Below, one piece after another: positions 30,001 to 41,017 of a DNA stretch of 64,000 nt. The position numbers and the translations under genes were made by a program. Where the stretch lies: assembly GCF_009914755.1 (NCBI RefSeq), contig NC_060928.1, one strand, 5' to 3'. Each line of letters opens with the position of its first letter. The stretch's first letter is position 1. The stretch is from the human T2T-CHM13v2.0 reference genome, Homo sapiens. The notes beneath the pieces were generated by a model. The model saw nothing but the letters and a program-made list of their open reading frames with translations, was not told the origin of the DNA and ran no database searches.

Positions 30001-33000
30001 CGAGTTTGTCATGTGCCACAAAGGAGCCAAGCACCTGTGGTCAGCTGCCCATGACCTCACCTGGTTCCAGCACTACTCTATAGATGTGATTGGGTTCCTG
30101 CTGGCCTGTGTGTCAACTGCTATATTCTTGGCCACAAGATGTTGTTTATTTTCCTGTCAAAAATTTAATAAAACTAGAAAGATAGAAAAGAGGGAATAGG
30201 TCTTTCCAAATTTAGAGAAGACATGATGGGGTAATCCTGTTAATTCCAGACACAAAGAATTTAGTGAAAACATGTTACTTTCCTATTTTCTTATTATCTA
30301 TTCTGATATTTTATCTTAGCTAAGTAGCCTAGAATTCCACGATCATGAACTTGTGAGTATATCTCATTCTTTCATTGTATTTTCCTAGGTGTGCTTACTC
30401 TCTTCTCTCACTTTGTGACACAAGGACATGAATACATCTAAATTTTCCTATTTCTGATATCACTGTTTCCATGACGTCATTACTTCTCTAACCTTAAGTG
30501 ATAGGGTGACCTGCAATATGCTGATTCCTGGTGTTTGCACAAACACATGGATGTAAAGAAGTAAAAAATGTAAAATTCACAAAATTCAGTAAACCACACA
30601 AATCTATGAAGCATTCTATGACATTAGCTTGTTATGAGTAACATAATGATTTTTCTTTTTCAATTTAAATAAGCCCTTCTACATACCCAGCATTACTGAT
30701 CTCAGACAATGAATTGCTAAAAATGACGATAGGGCATTACACTCAGAATAGTTTGCTATATTTCCACATACCTCATCTAGATGTCATAGCCTACATTTCT
30801 GCCATCACTTAACTGACATTTTTTGTGTGTTCTTGATGATAAATAGACAGTTCTTATTATTGTCCTCAAATAATAAAAGAAACTGAAATTTTCTTACATA
30901 GAGAAAATGTCCATAAGATATTCAAGTTAAACAGATTATTTTGAGATAAGTAACCATTAGAAATATGTGATTGTAATTTCTGATTTTATAAAATTTTAAT
31001 TGATAGTACACTTGATTTAAATGTCTATTCTTTAAAATGATGAATACTCATAATTCTTATCTCTATAATCAAAAGTATAATTTACTGTAGAAAAATAAAG
31101 AGATGCTTGTTCTGAAAGTAAGATCAGTATACTGCTTTCCGGTCTCAAAATTTGAGAATTGCAAATTCATCAAGTAATGGCTTACATGGTAAAAATTTAA
31201 GATATTAGAATACCTGCTTAACAAATATTAGTATATATTAAATATTTAGATAAGTAAAGCTCTACACTAAATATAGTTTAATAATCTTTACACTAATTAA
31301 GCAAATATGTTACACTTTTCATTTTGTTTACTGTCGTATAATCTTAGTGACATGCTTATTTAAATTTTAATTTAAGGACTTGATTTATTAAATGAATAAA
31401 TTGGCTCAACTGGCTTTTTGAAAATTTTGAAATTGTTACACATGTTGACAAAGTATATCTATAAATTAATTCCAATTTTAAAATGACTATATAAAAAGAA
31501 ATAAATATTTTATTGCGTGTGTATACAATTAAATGTAAATAAAATTATTTAGTAGATTTTTAAAATTTGTTAAGTTTTTACACTGATATGTTTTTGACTT
31601 TTACAATATTATCATAATCTAGGAAAAGCTGATTATATCTGTTTAAGCCTCATCTTTTCTCTGAAATTAAATACAGCAATTGATCAACATGCTGTGACAG
31701 GTGGGAAGCCATTTCTGGAGTTGAGCCTGCTGACACTCTGGGGCTTTTTAGGTTGGACATTCATTGTACATGGGACTCCCTTCCTCTCAAGAGCTATTGC
31801 TCATAAGACTCTCCTTCATCAATCTGGCATTACCTTTTCAGATCAGTTGTAATCAGAATACAACTGGTCTTGTAGTTGTAATATGTTCTATCTTAACCAC
31901 CACTTTTGTACCAGGAACCTGCTCAGGTTTGTTCTCTAGAAGCTCCCAACATAGATAGTCTACATTTCAGACTACTAAGTTATTAACAAACCTTTGGACC
32001 ATGTTCACTTTAGGTTGAGCATAGTGTGAGGAGATGTAAATTAAATTATAATCCTATATGTGTGTGTAATAAATATTAAAGTGTATAAATTAAACAGCAG
32101 ATTCTAAGTATCCAACAAGGGTCAAATAAATGATACAAAGTCACCAAATAAATAATATTTAATCTCATCTAATTTCAGAAATTTTCTTGTAATATCATCT
32201 TTTGTTTTTTATATCAATTATTGCAAACAAAGAAAAATCTCCAATGAATTTTTAATAATTACCTAGAACCTCTCTTCTAGACCTAACAACTAACAGCAAA
32301 TTGCCATATTTTCATCACATTGTCTTTAAAATTTGCACATGGTGTGGTGGCAAAATTGATGTTTTAAAGGTGGCAGAGTAGGAATGCCCTGTCCCTGTTC
32401 CCCCATGCAGAATGAAACTTGACAACATTATATTGACCAAATTGCCATGGTGATAATCTCAGAAACCAGTGAAAAGGTTGCAGCACCCCAGAAAAGAGCA
32501 AAGCCAAGAAGAATTTTGTTTTAATATCTAAGAAATATTGTACCATACACTCTCTATAGATCCTTCCCTAGCCCGTACAGCATTATACAATCAGGAAAAA
32601 AATCTTTAGTCATCAGTTTTCCCACAGGAGTGAAAAAAGAGTGAAATGTGGTCTAATGTTCTGTCTCCTTAGAGGACTTCCCAAGGGTCTGATTTCTGTC
32701 ACCGAACTTAAATCACTTATGGAAACCCCAGCATTTGAATGCCTGGGAACAAAGGCAGTGTGGCAGTTTTGGGCAGTACCGGAAGAGCTGCATTATTGCT
32801 ACAGAATGACAAGAGGTGAAGCAAAATATTACAAAATCCTGAAAACAAACAAAAAACCCTATTTAACTTGGTAATTACATTCAAAAGCCCAGAGAAGATA
32901 CAGCTCTTGGAATGGTTTGCAAAGCTCCCAGCATCTCTAGCTGGGGTGATTGATGAAGGTTTTCCACTACACTAAGCCAGTGCATAAAGACTGGGAGATG

Positions 33001-34351
33001 TGGATGTTTCTTTAAATCTCAAAGTGTAAACAAAGAAATGTGAAGCATGCAGACACTGGTAACCATGGCCTATTTGAAGTAACAAAATAAACCTTTTTTT
33101 CAATCCTGAATAAACAAAGATTTATTAATTACCTGTCAAAAAATTCAAAATATATTAAATACCTATCAAAAATTTCAAAAATAATTAAAGATGCTGGATT
33201 ACCTAAAATAACCCAGACAAGTTTCTAAAAATCAGGAATACAAGGCATATATAAAATAAGAGTATCAACAAAGACATAAAAGCATAGAAAAGAACCAGAG
33301 CTAAGTCATACAATAACCAAAATTGAAAAATTTACTAGAAAAATTCAATAGATGACTTGACCTGCTAGAAAAAATAATTCATGAATTTGAAAATATTGAC
33401 CATTTGAAACTTAAGGAAGAGGAGCAAAAAGAATGTGATAATAAAGTGAAATCCTGAGACATATGGGACATTGCTAACCTGACTAGTTATGCATTTGAGA
33501 GCCCTCATGGGAGAAGAGGAAAAGATTGAGACAAAAAGTCTATTTAAAGAAATAATGGCAGGCAGAAAATTTCCCAAATTTGAGGAAGAATATGGACATA
33601 GAATTGTTTTAAAACACAACTACTGTACACTGAGATCAATTCCAAAATTTTACACCAATAAATATTATAATCAAACTTTCAAAAGTCACAGACAAAGAAT
33701 CTCAGAAGCCGTAAAAGAAAAATGAATTATGACATAAAAAGGAACTCACATATATTATCAACAAGATACCAGCAGATATCTTTTTAAACCAAAAGTAAGT
33801 GACATAATATATTCAAAGTGTTCAAAGAAAAACAAGAAAACAACCCGACCACATAAAACATCCATTTGGCAAGCCTGTCATTCAGAAATTATGGAAAATG
33901 GAATACTTACTCACGTTAAAAAAAAGGTAGAAGAAGATAATTATTACCATACCTGTCCTACAAGAAAAGCAAAAAGCAGTCATTCAAGTTGAAATGAGGG
34001 AGGCTAGGAAGCAAAATGAATGAATGTAAAAGTGTAAATCTATCTGGTAGAGATAAATAAGAAATTAAATATAAATTCCTGTAAGTTTTTAATGTTGATG
34101 CACAAGTTAATTTTAATTCTGATATGCAATTTAAAAGAGAAAAGCATAAAAGTAACATTACATTTATATTAATTGGGACACAACATAAAATATAAAATTA
34201 GTGATATTACTAACATAAAGTAGGAATGTGAGATCTAAAGGAATAGAGTTTTCATATATAATTAAAGTTTTTGTTGGGTTTAAAATGGACTGTTATAACT
34301 ATAAAATATTTTATTCAATCCTCATGGTAACCACAAAATATACCCATAGAA

Positions 34352-34574
34352 CAAGACTGTCCAATCTTTTGCCTTCCCTGGACCATATTGGGAAAAGAAG
34401 AATTGCCTTGGACCACACATAAAATACACTAACATTAGCCATAGCTGATTAGCCGGGAAAAAAATCGCAAGAGAAATCACAATGTTTGAAGAAAGTTTAC
34501 AAGTTTGTGCTGGGCCATATTCAAAGCCATCCTGGGCTGCATGCAGCCCTGAGGCTGCAGGTTGGATAAGCTTG
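34352..34574 (+). mobile_element. MER30 (hAT) DNA transposon
   Basis: tgtccaatcttttgccttccctggaccatattgggaaaagaagaattg...aaagccatcctgggctgcatgcagcc...ggttggataagcttg. Confidence 0.85.
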
Positions 34575-34903
34575 CTGTAAAAGATACACAAAAAGAAGTG
34601 AAAAAAGGAACCTGAACTTACGAATGTACCAAAAACAGTACTATGACGATAGTTTACAGTAGTAAATGCCTATGTTAAAAAAGAAGAAATATCTAAAACA
34701 ATCTAACTTTACATATCAAACAACTGACCAAAATTATCAGAAAGAAAAAAGTAATAAAGATTACAGCAAAAATAAATACAATAGGAAGTAGCGAAAAATC
34801 AGCAAAACTGAGTTGTTCCTTTCTTTTTATGAAAAGATCAACAAAATTGAGAAACTGTTTTCTTGACTAAAGAAAAAAAGTGAATAGCTGTATAACAAAA
34901 TCA

Positions 34904-35201
34904 GTCTGAGGTTGGTGGTTTAATCTTGTATTCCCAGCAGTTTGGAATGCTGAGGCAGGCAGATTGCTTGAGCCCAGCAGTGGAAGCCCAGTCTGGGCAA
35001 CATGGTGAAACCCTGTCTCTGCTAAAACTACAAAAATTAGCCAGGTGCGGTGGCATGCACCTGTAGTTCCAGCTACTCAGGAGGCTGATGTGAAAGAATC
35101 GCTTGAACTCGGGAGGTGAGCGTTTCAGTGAGCCAAGATGGTGCTGCTGCTGCACTCCAGCCTTGGGTTAGAGCAGAGACGCAGTCAAAAAAAAAAAAAA
35201 A
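34904..35201 (+). mobile_element. Old Alu (AluJ/early S)
   Basis: Dimeric Alu with ttgcttgagcccag, central ctaaaactacaaaaattagcc, poly(A); flanks aaaatcag / aaaattcag. Confidence 0.92.
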
Positions 35202-35699
35202 TTCAGAAATGAAAGAGAAGACATTACAATTGATGCCATAGAAATAAATAGGTTACAAGAGAGAAAATATTGGCAAACCACTTATCTGCTAAGTGTTTTA
35301 TATTTAAAATATGTGACAATTATCTATAATTTAATAGCAAAAACTCAAAATAATTCAAAGACGTGAATACACATTTATTCAGAAAATATAGACGTATGGC
35401 CAAAAAGCATATGAAAAGATGCATAACATCACTGAATATTAGAGAAATGTAAATCAAAACTACAATGAGCTATCACATCATAACCATTAGCCACCTCAGA
35501 ATATTTTTGAATACATATATTTACCCACACACAGACACACAGACACACACACAGCCCAAAAAACAACAAGTTTTGAAGAGAATGTATATAAATAGAAACT
35601 CTTGTGCATCGTTGGTAGGAATGAAAAATGACACACCTATAGTTAACAGAATGGAGGTTCCTCAAAAAAATTAAAATCAAATTACCATAGACCCCACAA

Positions 35700-37427
35700 T
35701 TTTCTTCTATGGATTTTCTTCTATGTTTTTTATGGTTTTGGGTTTTACATTTAATTCTTTAATCAACCTTGAGTTAATTTCTGTATAAGGTGTGAGGAAG
35801 GGGTCCAGTTTCAGTTTTCTGCATATGGTTAGCCAGTTTTCTCATCACCATTTATTAAGTAGGGAATCCTTTCCTCATTACTTGTTTTTGTCAGGTTTGT
35901 TGAAGATCACATGGTGGTAGATGTGTGGTGTTATTTCTGAGGTGTCTGTTCTGTTCCATTGGTCTATATCTCTGCTTTCATACAAGTACCATGCTGTTTG
36001 GTTGCTGTAGCCTTGTATTACAGTTTAAAGTCAGGCAGCATGATGTCTCCAATTTTGTTTTTTTGCCTAGGATTGTCTTGGCTATACAGGGTGTTCTTTG
36101 ATTCCATATGAAATTCAAAGTAGCTGTTATCTAATTCTGCAAAGAATGTCAATGGTAGTTTGAGGGGAATAGCATTGAATCTATACATTATTTCAGGCAG
36201 TATGGCCATTTTCACGATATTGATTCATCCTGTCCATGAGGATGAAATGTTTTTCCATTTGTTTTCATCCTCTCTTATTTCCTTGCACAGTGGGTTGTAG
36301 TTCTCATTGAAGTGGTCATTCACATCCCTTGTTGGCTATATTCCTAGGTATTTTATTCTCTTTGTAGCAATTGTTAATGGGAGTTGATTCATGATTTGGC
36401 TCTCTGCTTGTCTATTGTTAGTGTAAAGGTATCCTTGTGATTTTCGCACATTGATTTTGTATCCTGAGACTGTTGAAGATGCTTATCAGTTTAAGGAGTT
36501 TGGGGGCTGAGATGATGGGGTTTTCTAAATAAAAAATTACATCATCTACAAACAGGAACAATTTGACTTCCTCTCTTCCTATTTGAATACGCTTTTTTTC
36601 TTTCTCTTGCCCGATTGCCCTAGCCAGAACTTCAAATACTATGTTGAATAGGAGTGGAGAGAGAGGGCGTCCTTTTCTTATACCTATTTTCAAAGGGAAT
36701 GCTTCCAGCTTTTGCCCATTCAATGTGATATTGGCCATGCGTTTGTCACAAATAGCTCTCATTATTTTGAGATATGTCCCATCAACGACTAGTTTACTGA
36801 GAGTTTTTAACATGAAGAGATGTTAAATTTTACCAGAGGCCTGTTTTTGTCCATCTATTGAGATCCATTGTGGAAGACAGTATGGCAATTTCTCAAGGAT
36901 CTGGAAACACAAATACCTTTTGACCCCACAATCTTATTACTGGGTAAATACCCAAAGGAATATAAATCATTCTACTTTAAAGACACATGCACACATATGT
37001 TTGTTGCAGCACTATTTACAATAGCAAAGTCATGGAACTAACCCAAATGCCCATCAATGATAGACGGCATAAAGAAAATGTGGTACATAGACACCACCAA
37101 ATAATGCATAGCCAAAAGTAGAATGAGATCAAAGCCTTTTCAGAGACATGAATAAAGCTGGAAACAGTCATCCTCAGCAAGCTAACACTGGGACAGAAAA
37201 CCAAACACTGCATGTTCTCACTCATAAGGGAGAGTTGAACAATGAGGACACATGGACCCAGGGAGGGAAACAACAGACACCAGGGCCTGTTGGGAGGTGA
37301 GGTGTGCGGGGAGGAAACTTAGAGGATGGGTCAACAGATGCAGCAAACCACCATGGCATACGTATACCTATGTAACAAACCTGCACATTCTGCACATGTA
37401 TCCCAGAACTTGTGCAGTAAAAACAAA

Positions 37428-37476
<49 letters not shown>

Positions 37477-37485
37477 AAAGAAAGA
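35700..37485 (+). mobile_element. 5'-inverted L1PA (L1PA8-10-like) with (GAAA)n tail, right copy
   Basis: Inverted ORF2 35700..36863, sense 3' end 36864..37420, (GAAA)n 37425..37485. Confidence 0.88.
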
Positions 37486-38743
37486 GACCTAGCTCTATAT
37501 TCTCAAGTGAACAAAATATATTTTTATATTATTTAGCAAGCTAATGTATTAATAAATTTAAAGTTAATGGTTACTGCTAGTCCTAATTTATGAAAAATAA
37601 AAGAGAATCTGGATACAGCTATTCAATGTGCAAAGGAATAATCAGAAAATAAACAGTATGTTCCAGGAACCATATAAGGTTTTTTTTTTCTCAAATGACC
37701 AAATTTGATAAGAATATCTAAATAATAAAGTATGTATCATCTTCCAAATAGTGCATAATCCTTCTTTCATATTTTAATACATACCTGATACTCTCAAAAT
37801 TCATTTCATATATAACATCAACATTCAAACTTCAAGTATATTTCTATATACCACTCTGTTAGTTGGCTAGGGCTGCCATAATAAAGTACCACAGACTTGG
37901 TGGCTTAAACAACAAGAAACATATTTTCTCACAATTCAGGAGGCTAGAAGTGTGTAATCAAGGTATGATTAACAGTGTTGGTTTCTTCTAAAAACTCTAT
38001 GATTGGTTTGTAGATGATTGCCCTCCTTACATAGACTTTCTTCTCTGTGTTTGTCCTTATGTCCATGTAAGATGTCCTCTATATGCCCTCATTTTAACTT
38101 TTTACTTAATGGCCTTGTCTCCAAATGTAGTCTTATTCTGAGGAACTGGGTGTTAGAACACTAACAAAGGAATTCGGAGTAATGAGCCATGATTCAGCCT
38201 ATAAGCACTATTTAACATTTCAAAATAAAATATACATTTTGACCAAAAAAATACCAATAGTAGAGTATGCATTCTCAACATATATACTTTCTATTTTCCC
38301 AACATTAAGATGAACAAAGTGAAATATGGTGTCCACATGAACATTCCAATACATCTAAAGAAGGCAATGCAAAACAACTTATTAAAAAATTAAGGTCTTA
38401 TGGCAAACTTTCTTAGACTCAACTAGAAATCCTTTCCATTGTATTTACTTTTAAGTGCACAAATTCCTATTCTATAAAATTATTTTAGAAAGCTTTTATG
38501 TCATTTGTAATTATGTAATTTGTAATTTATGTAATTATGTAAGTTGCTTAATTGGATGATCTTTTCCATGAGGGCAGCTATATTCCACTTTGACTATTGA
38601 GATAAGTAGGCTGTCCAAAGTCTGGACTGATTCACCACCAATTGATTGAGAAATTGAAGCGTGAAACTCACTTAGGATTAAACTGGCTTATCAGCTTGCT
38701 GTACTTATTTTAAGCGCACAGTAAATTAAAGGAAGAGTTGGTC

Positions 38744-39480
38744 ATGAAAACTGTGAATGGCTTTTTTTTTTTTTTTTTTCTGCTGAATCTGTGTTTCTTC
38801 GACTCTGGAAAGTCTGGGAAATTGCTTGTCCAGCCCATGAATTTTAGTCACTCAATTTAAAAGTTATTCTAGAAAAACTCCAGCGTGATGGACATGAGAT
38901 AACCATATTAGTACCTCCACCAAGCCTCCTGCTTGATCATACCAAGATTCCTTTTAATGTGAAGGTTCTCCTACTTTCAGTAACTAAGAAACCCTCACAG
39001 AAGATATATATTCCTTTCTCCTTACAGCTTCTTTAGAACTGCAGAGTCTTTCATGGTGTGGCAGGCAAATAAAATTGTCAGAAATAGAATATAAAAATAA
39101 AACTGTACATATCCGAAAGTATGTATGACAGTGTGTAATAAATGAGGAGTTACTGAGCAGGCCGTAGGCGGCCAAGTTTATTTGTTTTGCTGACCCTTTA
39201 GCTTACTACGGACAGTTGATGGCTGGGCTTCTCAACATTTCATTTATATATTTGTTTCTGGTTTCCCATGGGAATGCCAGGTGTCTCACCACTTCTTTGT
39301 ATATTCCTGGCAGCACATCAGTATTAATGAAAAACATCCCTTAAATGCAGAGCTGAATGTTTTTGTTTGTATTTTTCGTTTGTTTGTTTTTGGTTTTGAG
39401 AGGGTTTTGGTCTATTTAACTTGTGATCTGCTAGTCTTGTATGTTATATTTCCAGAATGGGATGAATAGCATAGGCAATA
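38744..39480 (+). pseudogene. Decayed UGT2 first exon, UGT2E-like lineage (right copy)
   Basis: Hand translation across frameshifts: MKTVNGF(F)n..LLNLCFFDSGKSGKLLVQPMNFSH..NLKVILEKLQRDGHEITILVPPPSLLLDHTKIPFNVKVLLLSVTK..INEELLSRP*AAKFICFADPLAYYGQLMAGLLNISFIYLF..SHGNA..SLYIPGSTSVL..LVYLTCDLLVLYVIFPEWDE*, then gtaaag at 39481. Length ~737 bp fits a UGT2 exon 1. Confidence 0.85.
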
Positions 39481-40929
39481 GTAAAGGCTTATTATCCTAA
39501 TTATTAATACTTAATATTTAAATTGTGATTAAATCTTTAACATTGTTGAATGATACCATAGTATAGTAATAGTTTAAAAAATATACTGTTTTAGTGAGCT
39601 TGAGGTTGCATACTCATTTTGGTAAGTATAGAAATGCTGATAAATTTTTTTTCTAGCCTATGTAGTAAACTATTGCTACCACAGCATTTTAGAAAAGGAA
39701 TATTTATTATATTTTCACCTAAGCCCTTTCTGATGTATTTCACTCTTTGTAGTATCTCTGTGCCTTTTATATCGGTTGTGATTTTATTGCATTTATTTTC
39801 ATTTGCACACGGTTTACATTTCTTAATGGTTTGACTTGGTTTCTAGAGTCAGCATTAAGTTTAGGTTCATGATGCAGTAATGTAGCCCTAAAAATAAACA
39901 TTGATTTTCGTCTTCTATTGACAAATGACTAAAAAGTGGAGAGATATTTCCATAAAGAATCATAATTTTAGGCTTTGGTCTTATATACAAAAGGAAGAAG
40001 TGGGAAATATATTCCCCTTTAATTTCTTATCAATGGTGTTTTCAAGTTCAGCTTATATCTGTTTATAATAAAAATTCTCTGCTATTTCTATATGTTATAC
40101 CATTTCAGCTGCTCTTGATCCCTTACTTTCCCACAATATAAGCTGATGCAAAGGACTAAACTGCAAAAACATTTGCAAAATAAATTTCATGTTCATCTGG
40201 TGTGCATAGTTCAGAGTTATGTGCTTTTGTTATTCCTGTGATTCCTGTTTTTGAATGCCTGAATTCCAACTTAAGAAGTAATTATTTCTCTCTACCACAT
40301 ATCATTGAGCATTAGTACTATTTTGATTTACTTAATCATGATTCCTCTATGCCAGCTCACAGAAATGACACACATTTAAAATTCAATTGAGTTCAGTACC
40401 GTTACTAAGAAATAGTCATGATATCTGTTTGAGAATTTAGAATACCATAATTCTAAATTTAAATTATAACCTAACCCAGATTATTATAAAATTATTATTC
40501 AATTCTAAGCTTCTATGTGTCTAGTAGGTATAATCATGACAGTTTTACTTACGTATTATCATTGTAAGTTTCTTTTACAAGAAAAAAACGGAGGCTCAAT
40601 AATAAAATCATTAACATCACATTATATTTATGTAGAAGTATATTTTTAAGTTTATTTAAGTAGCATTTTAAACAAATATTGTGGGTGTTCTCAAAATTAA
40701 ACCTATATCATATGTATAAAAGTAACAATATTTTACTATATTGTAAAGCCTAAGATATATATTTAGACTAGAATGAACGTCTTACATTGAATTTGGAATA
40801 TGAATGACCTAATCCATGTCATAAGTGGCCTATTTCTTTTAATGTACACTTTATGAGCTCCATTCATGCCAGGTCCTCAGCTAGCCTCCCCTGATACAAA
40901 GATAAATAAGGCTGCACTATAATAAGTTC

Positions 40930-41017
<88 letters not shown>

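Larger units (their letters stand above)
22004..30199 (+). pseudogene. UGT2A3P: UGT2A3-like unprocessed pseudogene; exons 22004-22715, (exon 2 missing), 27344-27475, 28773-28861, 29251-29469, 29920-30199
   Basis: [17 protein letters not shown]...[18 protein letters not shown] and C-terminus [16 protein letters not shown] match UGT2A3. Lesions: TAG 22244, TAG 22700, exon-3 acceptor AG>CG (27342), exon-4 TGG>TAG and +1 A (89 bp), exon-5 -1 (219 bp), no GRPTT...GGLHCKPAK exon. Confidence 0.95.
32365..35699 (+). mobile_element. Old fragmented L1M (5' UTR, ORF1, ORF2 pieces) interrupted by MER30 and Alu
   Basis: A-rich ORF1-like 33000-34000 (tatttaaagaaataatggcag...aaaatttcccaaatttg); ORF2-like gaaaagatcaacaaaattgag and gagaaaatattggcaaacc...gcatatgaaaagatgc...aaatcaaaactacaatgag. 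Confidence 0.75.

Noticed and set aside
40118-40172. Possible exon 2 of the UGT2E-like relic (ccttactttccc...ggactaaactgcaaa, PYFP..GLNCK vs PYLP..GLHCK)
   Set aside because: Match is short, needs frameshifts, and lacks the KPTT/W-D-F-E-F part and convincing splice sites; indistinguishable from chance by eye.
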